Source of the DNA: Patescibacteria group bacterium UBA5532
Lineage (GTDB): Bacteria; Patescibacteriota; Gracilibacteria; BD1-5; UBA2023
Direction of reading: 5' to 3'
NCBI GenBank assembly: GCA_002426885.1
Contig: DINU01000003.1
Span: forward strand, 17,634 to 81,633
Length of the DNA: 64,000 bases
The position numbers and the translations under genes are program-made. Shown here in pieces: positions 44,809-54,245 of the stretch (within the stretch, counting starts at the first letter, position 1; every line of letters starts with the position of its first letter). The notes beneath the pieces were generated by a model. It saw nothing but the letters and a program-made list of their open reading frames with translations. It was not told where the DNA came from and did no database searches.

Positions 44809-45690
44809 ATGACATGACTCAGAAAGAGCATAATCACTTTAATTTGACTTATATCAAAAATATATTATGTTGACCCTTATGTTTTCTGAGGAAAAATGCG
44901 AGAAATAAGCGCAACATTCATATGAAGCAATGCACTCCCGATACGAGAAAACGGGATATTTCGGCTTCAGACAATCACACAAAAACGGATTCTCATAATT
45001 CTCTGAGTATGAGAATCGCTGATAGGAAAGCTCGAAGTAGCACTGGGAACAGAGGTCACGATCCAGTGAACAGAACACAATCGAGTAGAGCTTTTCGGGC
45101 AAAAAAACAAACTCACGATTCTCTGAGTCTCCGAGCTTACTATCTCATGAAATCAGTGAGAAATTACCATAGGTGATATACCAGAAAATGCGAGAATCCA
45201 TGCATGTGAGAATCAGGGCACGATAGGTGTCCTCGGAAATCGTAAAACGCATGACTGGGAAATAGATGTGTCAGGAAATCGTGGCGTAATCGTCCTTCGG
45301 CAAATGTGAAATGGCTCTGTACAAGCAAATCAGAACACGGGGGAGATTCAGATCGAAAATGCATGAGATGTGGACATCTTCAAGAATGCATGAACGATTA
45401 TCTTCCGTGGAAATGGATGGCAGACATGGATAGATGGCTGATCCACGGAGACGGGGAAAATACATCTCGATAACCTGCGTGGGATCGTATCACTCCCGAA
45501 GGACACAGGGACGATCATGCGACCATATATCGGACAGAAACTACTCACTCATATTGGTCCTACCCTGAGAACTGTGACGCAATATATCCACGCGATGTGA
45601 AGAAGTATCGTCTCTCATATTATACACATGACATCCGAAAGATGACCGAATACTACGAACACGGAAGAAAGTAACTTCGAGTCCTCGTAA
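44809..45690 (+). CDS. Beta-helix-type repeat protein (293 aa), hypothetical; 16 in-frame TGA
   Basis: No track ORF in this frame. All 15 sequence lines were read in frame, with no TAA/TAG for 293 codons. Repeats of G-x-I-x-I/V and N-x-G: LGVGESLIGKLEVALGTEVTIQGTE..LTILGVSELTISGNQGEITIGDIPENARIHACENQGTIGVLGNRKTHDWEIDVSGNRGVIVLRQMGNGSVQANQNTGEIQIENAGDVDIFKNAGTIIFRGNG. TAA at 45688-45690. The start could alternatively be the ATG at 44896. Confidence 0.65.
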
Positions 45691-45733
45691 AATATTCATC
45701 CAGATTACTCTTCTTGTATAAAACTCTCTCGGA

Positions 45734-46183
45734 TTATTCCGCGAAATTATAGAGATTTAGTCCGATATCGGTATCTTTTACCTTTATGACACGTGTGTCC
45801 AGTGGTGTGATAAAAAATTCTCCCGCTCATCGTATCTTCGCATCGAGCACATGTCCTGCAAGTGCTGTATAATCACTCCGACCAAGTGTCGCATGGAGAT
45901 GAAGTATCGGCATATCCTCCACCAGAGAGATATTTCCAGAGAGATTCGCGATCTCCATCTGCTCATGAAATTCCCGATCGACATACTGCTTCGTGTGCGG
46001 ATCGAAGAATCGCAGTACCACTTCATTCACAGCGCCAATCCCAGTGATCTGTCCTGCGGTAATCCTCTCTCTGAGGATGAAATCCGTCATGGATTCTACG
46101 AGAGACGCCCCATCAGCAACACTGAGAATGAAGACCCCATCTACACGTCTCGCAGTCCAGCCATTTCCATGTATATTCTGCAT
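45734..46183 (-). CDS. PPC (DUF296) domain protein (149 aa)
   Basis: MQNIHGNGWTARRVDGVFILSVADGASLVESMTDFILRERITAGQITGIGAVNEVVLRFFDPHTKQYVDREFHEQMEIANLSGNISL...LHLHATLG. Track ORF 45827-46267 continues through one TGA to TAA at 45734-45736. Confidence 0.7.
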
Positions 46184-46205
46184 ACGAAAAATATGGTAAA
46201 AAAAT

Positions 46206-47081
46206 CTACTTTCTCCCGAAATCATCATCATATCGGACGATATCATCTTCGCCCGTATAGTCACCACACTGTACCTCGATAATCACGAGCGGTTCTGTAT
46301 GGGTATTCGCGAGTCGATGGAGATGTCTCGCTGGGATATAACACCCTTCGTTCGCTCGGAGGAAAGAAATCTGCTCAAAATCGCGGAATTCCTGTGATCG
46401 AATATCGACCGTCGCGACTCCAGATACAACAGTCCAGTGCTCACTTCGTTTCTCATGACTCTGCAGTGAGAGGCGTTTTCCTGGTTCCACGATGATTTTC
46501 TTTACTTTATAGAGCGGATTATCTTCGAGGACGTAGTAGACTCCCCACGGACGATTTCCGACCTCGATATACTGTCACTCGGTGACTGCGCGCGGAAGCT
46601 CAGCGATCTTCTTCTCGAGCGACTGCTCATCTTCCTTATTCTGGACTTTTTTCAGCATATCACTCGAGTTGTGTGTCTTCGCACCGAGTCCATCGACGAC
46701 ACGAATCTGTTCTCGTCTGAGAAGCTCTCACTCTGGGATTTCTCAAGCAAAACGATCGCCTCATTTCGTGAAAATAATCTCATCATATTTCCCGCTCGCT
46801 TTCGCCTCATGAATCAGCTGTTCCAGAGTCTGGCAGACTGACTTATCAGCATCGATCGAGAGAACGACGCGATCGACTGGTTTTACATTCTCGACGATTT
46901 TCACACGAAAATTCTCATCCTGAAAACTCTCGACCCCACGCTTCAGACGCGCTTGTGCGTCGTTATTTATGATAACCCAGAGCTCATCAGCACCCGCCTC
47001 GGACTTCGAGAGATTAAGACAGTCGATGTGTCCGGGATGGATCGGATTCGCGTACATAGATGTGATGGCGAGTGTCGTCAT
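46206..47081 (-). CDS. Cytidylyltransferase-like nucleotidyltransferase fused to a cupin (type II PMI C-terminal-like) domain (291 aa)
   Basis: N-terminal part: MTTLAITSMYANPIHPGHIDCL (H-x-G-H) ...IIFTKGGDRFAGEIPE. C-terminal part: NRPWGVYYVLEDNPLYKVKKIIVEPGKRLSLQSHEKRSEHWTVVSGVATV...IPARHLHRLAN...VIIEVQCG (cupin motifs). Track ORFs 46761-47081 and 46206-46490 are in one frame. The linker was translated with 4 TGA. TAG at 46206-46208. Confidence 0.75.
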
Positions 47082-47087
47082 AGGATT

Positions 47088-48209
47088 TTATGAAGAAATA
47101 ATAAATGATTGTAGTGTTTTCTTGAATTTTTCAAGGGAGAAAACTTCCGCGCGTGCGACACAGTCATGTTTCATAGAAACAAAAACAGATGTATTCGTCG
47201 TCTGTATCACGTTTTTTAGTTTTTTCTGAAGTGTATCTGAGTCAGAATATCCCGAGAGAAGAAATCCCGTCTTCCCATCGAGAATCGTCTCGCGCAGTCA
47301 TCCTTCATCGACACCGATCACCGGAATTCCGCACGCCATGCTCTCGACGGGCGTCATCCCGAAGTCTTCATTTATCGGTATATAGATCACCGCGAGAGCA
47401 CCTCGAATCAGTGAAATCAGCACAGCATCATCAGGTGATTCGATCGCCTCGATATTCGGAAACGCATGAATCTTCGCAAGAATCTTCTCTTTCTCAGGAT
47501 CATTTTTTCCATAGGTAAAAATCAGTCGCTTCTCGGGCATCTCACGAAATGCGTCAATAATGACATCGACTCGCTTCGGCGGAGAAAGTCGCGCAAAAGA
47601 GAGAAAATACTCGTGCGCGGTGTTTTTTTCTCCTGGGGAAAAACGTGTGGTATCGACTGGCGGATAGAGGATCATCGAGTCATGATGGCAAAAATCCTGC
47701 AGTCGCTCCTGTGTGCAGAGGGAATTGGTGAAAATACGATGAAATCGGTCAAGATCGCGGATATACGCTCGCGCGAAGAATGTGAAGGCGAGCGAAAAAA
47801 TCGGGCGAAAAATCGGGGAAATCCGCGCGAGATACTGCTCTCGAAAATCGAATAAATATCGTGGCGGTGTATGACAGTAGTAAAAAGTCGTACTTCCCTT
47901 CTGGATATGACGTAGTGCCGGAAGACAATCTCAGGAGAAAATCACGATATCATAGTCTCGGAGGAGAGCTGCACGCGTGAGAAAACGCCATTTCAGGATG
48001 AGATGACGCCAGACTTTTTTCTGGATTGGCTTCCCGAGTGGAATGATTTTCCCTGTGAATCCGAGCTCTCTCGGGTCGAAACTTCCCGGAGAGAAAAATC
48101 CCGCGATCAGATCAGCACCGAGCGCATTCGCCATAAGCGTCACAAATCGTTCGCCTCATCACTTATAGAGGAAAGCATCGTGGATGATGGCGATTTTCTG
48201 CTGGGACAT
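47088..48209 (-). CDS. Glycosyltransferase family 4 (373 aa)
   Basis: MSQQKIAIIHDAFLYKGGGERFV... C-terminal Glycos_transf_1 block: FLSFARLSPPKRVDVIIDAF...INEDFGMTPVESMACGIPVIGVDEG[G]LRETILDGKTGFL. Track ORFs 47931-48143 and 47298-47675 are in frame. TAA at 47088-47090. Confidence 0.85.
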
Positions 48210-48352
48210 AGTGTAGGTATCGGACGAAAACTTTATGTATCACATTCTCTTATCATTCCTGCGAAGGCAAGAATCCATATACATGGACGAATCATACGCC
48301 GAATTTCTGAATACTTCAAAACGATATGTCTGGCATTATCTGCGTAAAAACT

Positions 48353-48925
48353 CTATACTTGGTCATCTCTTTGTATGCGAAGTATCTGGTGTGTATCTGG
48401 ATTAACAGAGAAATTTTGTGATACAGCCCCCCGTCATCGTTCTAAGCTCAATTCATAAACCACCCCTTTGAAGATAACAATCACCCACTTCTGCTCTCAT
48501 TTTAAAAGTACAATTGATTTTCCCGGCACAACCCCATCCACACCAATGGCAATATATGTCTCCTCTGAAGTAACTTGCATCTCATATCCTTCTGGAGGAG
48601 TATACTGAGCCTCTGAAGTCTCTGGTCATTGGGTCGCTTGCTGGACTCTCCCTTGTATTTGCTTCTTTGTAGCTTCTGCCTTCGCTCGCATCCATGCATG
48701 GAAAAGGGAAGAAAGCTGAGAATGAACTTTTCTGAGATGAATGGAATCAGGATCTATCCTTAGATATTTCTCGAGTATTCCCAGTGTATCAAGCCAATCT
48801 TGCTGTGTTCTCCCTGCTTCAGGTTTCTGAAAAAAGACATGAACCTCTTGTTCTTCCTCAAAAGCTAAGTCTCAGAAGAGTGCAATAATTTTATCTTCTT
48901 CTGAGTCTGATGGTGGTGTTTCCAT
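48353..48925 (-). CDS. Hypothetical protein (190 aa) downstream of murC
   Basis: Absent from the track (4 in-frame TGA). Verified codon by codon: METPPSDSEEDKIIALFGDLAFEEEQEVHVFFQKPEAGRTQQDWLDTLGILEKYL...VVPGKSIVLLKGEQKWVIVIFKGVVYELSLERG... TAG at 48353-48355. 12-nt spacer after the murC stop codon. Confidence 0.55.
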
Positions 48926-48937
48926 ATGAAAAAAAAA

Positions 48938-50293
48938 TTAAATACTATTTCTCAGATTATCGACGTCTCACGCTCCGAGTAGGAGAATAATCGAGGAGTT
49001 CGGATTTTTACTATCATATTCTCGGATAATTTTCCCAGTATTCTCGAGTCATTTCCCATCGAGAATATGAGGCTGATACGGTCGTACCGCCTCGATAAAA
49101 CGCTCGACCGTCATGTATTCGACGTCTTCTTTTTTATCCCGAGAAAAATAAATATCAGGCACGACGAGCATGTCTGCCGCATCGAATGCCGTCGCAAAAG
49201 CAGGCAGGAGCTCACGCGTGCGAGAATACTGGTGGGGCTGAAAGACGACATAGAGCTTCCGATCAGGATATTTCTCACGAAGCGCAGAAAGTGTCGGGAT
49301 GATCTCATTCGGATGGTGTCCATAATCCGACATGAGGATATTGCCATGATATGTCGTGCGGACGATCTCAGAGCGACGCCATGAGCCATTATACGACTGG
49401 AGACGATTTACCATAAATTCATCTTCGAGATCGAGCAGTTTCCCGACTGCATACGAGAGATATGCATCTTTCTGGATATGTCTCCCCGGAATCTGGAGTA
49501 AAATCGGTGGAAGTGAAAAAACCTTGCATACATCAGCGCCACAGTTATATTGCATCGTGCCATTTCCGACGATGACTTTTTTCTCTTCGGGAATCTGGAG
49601 ATGCGCCGAGTTCTCATCATCCGCAGAGATAACGACATATTTCTCGGTCTGATCGACGAGTGACTGAAATGCAGAGATATAATCATCGAGATTTTTATAG
49701 TAATCGAGATGATCGAGGTCGATATTCGTGATGACGGTAATATAGGGCTTATATCGGAGAAATGCGCGCCGATATTCGCACGCCTCGATGACGAAATATT
49801 CCGAGTCTTCTGCATGAAAATTGGAGTTGCCGAGCTGAGGTACCTGTGTCCCGATGATCACATTCGCACCGAGAGGCGATCCTACGAAGATGAGTGCTGT
49901 CATCGCAGTCGTCGTCGATTTTCCGTGTGAACCTGCGATCGCGATACATTTTTTACTATTTACGACTTCCGCAAGCGCCTCCGGATAGGAGAGATGGGGA
50001 ATATGAAGATTTTTCGCTTGTGCAAGCTCTGGATTGCTATAAATCTGCTGATCCTTCGGAAAATCTGGCTTCGTGATAATCGCCTCTGAATAAATCACGA
50101 GATCGGTATCAGGTGTGATCGCACTCATCGTGTGACCGATCGTCACCTCAATCCCCTCTGCTCGAAGCGTGACAATCAGTGAAGATTCTGTCTGGTCTGA
50201 TCCGGTGATGCGATATCCGAGCGAGTGATAGTAGCGAGCGAGCGCCGATATTCCGATCCCCCCAATCCCTATAATATGGAGATGTTTACTCAT
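48938..50293 (-). CDS. murC: UDP-N-acetylmuramate--L-alanine ligase
   Basis: HIIGIGGIGISALARYYHSLGYRITGSD...IAIAGSHGKSTTTAMTA...VIEACEYRRAFL...ITNIDLDHLDYY...SDYGHHPNEI. The 414-aa track ORF continues through 2 TGA to TAA at 48938-48940. Confidence 0.92.
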
Positions 50294-50502
50294 AGTGAAG
50301 ATTATGTGATGAGAAGAATGGTATAAAAAAGAGAGGAAAAAGCAAAGGAAAAAATCCGCAGAGAAAATCGCAGAACAGAGGGATTTTCCCGAGAAAAAAA
50401 TCTACGTATGAATTCTCGAACGTAGGAATCTATATGGAATCTTCTGTAAAAAAATAAAACACGCCAGAGGTGTTTCATTACTTCGTGGAAGCAGGAATCC
50501 AT

Positions 50503-50706
50503 ATGAAAAACGAGGAAACAGTCGAGTTCTCAGGGGGAGTGGAATACGAAGTGAAAGTCTGGGAAAACTGCCAGATTCATGTGTGTGAACGGGTCGAGGA
50601 ATGCGATCATGCAGAAACTCCCGAAAACAAAGGAAACATTTGCAGGAATGAAAGATTGAGAGTAAAAACTATTGACAAAATAATTGAAATCGTTATAAGG
50701 ATTTAG
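50503..50706 (+). CDS. Small Cys-containing ORF (67 aa), hypothetical
   Basis: MKNEETVEFSGGVEYEVKVWENCQIHVCERVEECDHAETPENKGNICRNERLRVKTIDKIIEIVIRI (within track ORF 50470-50706). TAG stop. No homology recognised. Confidence 0.3.
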   Translation: MKNEETVEFSGGVEYEVKVWENCQIHVCERVEECDHAETPENKGNICRNERLRVKTIDKIIEIVIRI

Positions 50707-50773
50707 TTCCATTTTCTAAAAATTTCTTTATGTCAGAAAACCCACCACCTTCGAGCGTACAACACAGCGTGTA

Positions 50774-51016
50774 TTGGCAACATCTGGGATCCTGGCTGCG
50801 GTGGCACTTCTTGTTGCTTCATGTATCAAGAAACCAGACAACTCAGAAATACCAAATGCCTCGGTGATGGCAGCTACTCACGATCAAGTACAAGTGTTAC
50901 TCACCTATGCAATACAGGATATGGAATGAAAGACACAAGAAGAAAGGGGGGTAATCGCCACCGAAACTCTAGAAAAAGCACAGAAAATGTTGGATAAAGC
51001 ACAATGAAATAAATAA
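50774..51016 (+). CDS. Small putative lipoprotein (about 80 aa)
   Basis: The frame is open from 50720. It reads ...RKPTTFERTTQRVLATSGILAAVALLVASC (lipobox) IKKPDNSEIPNASVMAATHDQVQVLLTYAIQDMEGKTQEERGVIATETLEKAQKMLDKAQGNK. There is no in-frame ATG, so the TTG at 50774 was taken as the start. The nearby ATG at 50730 is out of frame. 2 in-frame TGA. TAA at 51014-51016. Confidence 0.4.
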
Positions 51017-51059
51017 CAAAATAGTCAATAAAATATTTACTTTTCTAAAATAACTCCGT

Positions 51060-51425
51060 ATGCGAAGTTCCCCTGATATACTGCTCCCTGCATCCATTCT
51101 CATGAATTTTATTATTATAATTGGTACAGGTATAACGCTAGTGGAGATACAATCCCGAGTGAATACAGTACTCATGAATCCAGCCCCAGAATCTGCACAA
51201 GATCTTTTGCAACAGACACAACCACTGGAAGCGACGATATATGAAACACAAAGAAAAATACAGGAGCTAGAAAATCGGAAACCACATGATCCCCCCTATT
51301 ATGAGGAAAAAGCAAGACTTCAAGCAGAGCTTACATCTTTGACACAGGCACTCGCGAAAAAGATGATCCAAGAAGATCAGAGAAAGGGAAACGAGAAACG
51401 TCCCCCAGCACAGATTTCTATATAA
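51060..51425 (+). CDS. Small membrane-anchored Q/E-rich protein (121 aa)
   Basis: Intact track ORF. Hydrophobic N-terminus (ILMNFIIIIGTGITLV), then a coiled-coil-like segment ESAQDLLQQTQPLEATIYETQRKIQELENRK...ARLQAELTSLTQALAKKMIQEDQRK. Confidence 0.5.
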   Translation: MRSSPDILLPASILMNFIIIIGTGITLVEIQSRVNTVLMNPAPESAQDLLQQTQPLEATIYETQRKIQELENRKPHDPPYYEEKARLQAELTSLTQALAKKMIQEDQRKGNEKRPPAQISI

Positions 51426-51446
51426 TAACCTCTGAATTCCCACCTC

Positions 51447-51935
51447 ATGTGAAAAAACGCTCTTTCTGCACTAGCTTTGTCCTGATCATTACTTATGAAT
51501 AATGGGGCTTTTGCTGTGGATGCAGTAGCTCATGATACTCAGGAAGCTATAGAAATATGCCTCTCCCAAGGAGCTTATTATGAGCTCATCAAGATAATGT
51601 GAACGCTGATATACACACAGGGGGAGTATGAAGACTGAGGTTATGAGGAGAAAATATGTCTCCCCCAAGAAAAATACTATCAGTATTTCAAAGCCGCGAT
51701 GCAGAAAATCGGCAATCAAATTAATAAAATCTCAGAACCATATAACAGAGATGCAAGAAAAGCAGTGGAAAGGGGGGATTCTGAGGAGGCGAAGAGACAA
51801 ATGGAGGCGCGTGAATGTGCAATACTTGACCTGATACATGCGTACCCATTTTTTGCACAGCCCTATATCAGAAATAACCTCCCAGAGATACCACCACAAG
51901 AGGAGCTCGAGAATCTATGTAAAATAAAAAAATAA
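51447..51935 (+). CDS. Small secreted protein (162 aa)
   Basis: MGKNALSALALSGSLLMNNGAFA signal. 4 in-frame TGA extend track ORF 51699-51935 upstream. C-terminus: ...RDARKAVERGDSEEAKRQMEARECAILDLIHAYPFF. TAA at 51933-51935. Confidence 0.55.
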
Positions 51936-52081
51936 TAAGACTCGCTGAGCTACCCTCGTCACAGTGATGAGAAACTCAGAAAGAAGAGCAGGAAAATTCC
52001 CCAGAGACATCGTCGCAGGAACTCATGTGAGAATCAAAACTACGAAATAAAAAAATACAATAATAATTAAACGAAATACCC

Positions 52082-52825
52082 ATGAAAACTCGAAACTGGC
52101 TTATGGCATGAGTGTATGCCATGGCATTGTCATGCAGTCCGAATCCCACTATTGGGAATACGGGACCCCTCCAAGAGGTACAGAGAACTACTCAATTCCG
52201 CATTGCGCGCTGTATTCCACAGAGTGAATTTCATGCACTTTTATGAGTCCTGATGCAAAGTATACACGCTCAGGTAGAAGTACTCCTGCTACAAAGAGAA
52301 TGAGAAATGCAATTATGAACAAATGTATGAGAAATAGATACAAAATATAGTGCTCTACTCGAAAATATTCTACACACCCCTCTGTGACAGTATTATCGAG
52401 CATACACCCAGCAAGAATCCACCACACAAACACCCGAATTGTGCGTTTCGGAAAATCAGTTTGAGAATCTGAAGACAGCATGAGTCCAGGAATTTGTTCG
52501 ACAGCTGAGGGAAGTACTAGGAGAGTGGTATAAAGCGCAAGAAAGACTCACACAAAAATACCAGCAACAGCTCGCTGAAATCAACCAACAAGAAAACAGC
52601 CCATCCACGCCAGAGACTCAGAAAGTAAAATTTACAACAAAAAGACAACTCCTCAATGAAAACTATCAGAAGGAGCTGGATGCCATCGCCAAGAATTATA
52701 TAGAACTCATCCTAGCATTTCTAGAAAGTCCACTCTGAAAACACAGCATGCCATTTCTCCGGGAAGAAAGCGGAAAAAGTATCGCCCCCGTCTGAGAATC
52801 TACACCAGAAATATATACATTCTAA
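52082..52825 (+). CDS. Lipoprotein (247 aa), Q/E-rich
   Basis: Absent from the track (9 in-frame TGA). All lines were read in frame. MKTRNWLMAGVYAMALSC (lipobox) ...QFVRQLREVLGEWYKAQERLTQKYQQQLAEINQQENSPSTPETQK... TAA at 52823-52825. 4-nt convergent overlap with queA. Confidence 0.65.
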
Positions 52826-53976
52826 TCTCTCAGATACATCCCATCTCCGAAGCTATAGAATCGATACCGATGCTCGATCGCATGCTGATAGAGCCTCTGT
52901 ACATTCTCGAACGAGGAAAATGCGGAAATCAGCACGAGAAGGGACGACTTCGGAAGATGAAAATTGGTGATCATCTCATCGACAACCTGAAAGATATATC
53001 ACGGGAAAATGTAGATATGCGTCTCGAAGCGAAATCTCCCACTCGCATGCTCATACGACTCGACGAAAGAATGCGTATGAAGCGCGCCCATCTTCTTATC
53101 CCAGTACACCTGCACTTCCTCGGGGTACTGGGATTTTTCTTCAGGAGAGAGGATCATCCAGAGATACGGAAGACTCTCGAGTGTTCGACAGACAGTCGTC
53201 CCGACTGCGAGGATTTTTCACTCGGACTGATGGATCTCGGCGACGCGAGAGAAAAGTGTATCAGAGATCTCGATCACCTCGCCATGAATCGCATAATCTC
53301 GGATATCCTCCGTCGTAATTCACTTAAAAGTCCCGAGCCCGACATGAAGCGTCACATATTCACGCGCATGCGGAAGTCGCTCGAGGAGAGAATCAGTGAA
53401 ATGAAGCGAAGCGGTCGGTGCCGCGACTGAGCCATTTTCCGTCGCAAAAACCGTCTGATAATCTTTTTCTTTCTCACGATCATACGCGATATACGGCGGA
53501 AGCGGAAGCTGTCCGTACTGCTCCATCGTCTCATAGATCGAGCCTTGTGTGATCGAGAAAAGTCTCCCAGATTCTGTGGTGGCGATCACTTCGAGTTCTA
53601 GCGCCCCGATAATAATTTTTACTCATTCACGAAAAAGGCGTCCAGGACGGACGAGTGCCTCGAAGCGATCCGATCCGTGCATTTCCAGGAAAAAAATCTC
53701 GCCATTCTGCTCGACTTTCTGACTCCCATCAGGACGCAGAATCGTCGCCTGATCGAGTGGGATTCGTGAGCGAAGGACACGAGAGTTATTGAAGAAGAAG
53801 ACTCGATCGGTCGGAACAATCTCAGGAAGTTCTGCGTACGTCGCCTCTGTCAGGATCGCTCCAGAAATCCGATCCGCCACGAGAAGTCGCGCCTGATCAG
53901 CGGGATGAACCGCTTCCTGAGCGATCAGCTCGGGAGGAAGATGATAATCGTATGAAGCGAGAGAAAAATCTGACAT
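52822..53976 (-). CDS. queA: S-adenosylmethionine:tRNA ribosyltransferase-isomerase
   Basis: [33 protein letters not shown]...LPLPPYI...YQTVFA...[13 protein letters not shown]...[11 protein letters not shown][G]...[14 protein letters not shown]...[16 protein letters not shown]...[11 protein letters not shown]. Track ORFs 53623-53976 and 53320-53589 plus a hand-translated 3' third. 4 in-frame TGA. TAG at 52822-52824. Confidence 0.9.
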
Positions 53977-54245
53977 GAAGAAAGTTTTTATTGTGTTTCT
54001 TGCAGATGCAAGAATCTATCGAATCACAAGAAAAGCCGAAGGCTCGAAGTGGATGCAAAGACGAGAATCTATATGTGAAGGAATCGAAAGATTTGAAATT
54101 TTGCGAAGAATTGAAGCTCGACGTAAGGCATGAAGGAAAAAAAAACATGAGTTTTGTCACTGTCTTGTACATCAGAAATCCACACGCAGAAACGAGCCGA
54201 AAGACTGATCTCTCACACAGAAGCCGAAACCAACAGGACAAAAAG

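Noticed and set aside
44814-45245. Alternative 143-codon plus-strand frame (contains track ORF 44922-45176), basic R/K/S/H-rich
   Set aside because: It overlaps the 293-codon beta-helix frame, which is twice as long, free of TAA/TAG and has a regular repeat structure. The alternative translation is low-complexity.
52870-53430. 186-aa plus-strand ORF
   Set aside because: It is antisense to queA, which is identified by [20 protein letters not shown] and NFHLPKSSL motifs.
53977-54245. 270-nt gap between infB and queA as a possible ncRNA or terminator
   Set aside because: It holds only weak 3-bp stems and a direct repeat of GCCGAAA. I could not define a convincing structure by eye.
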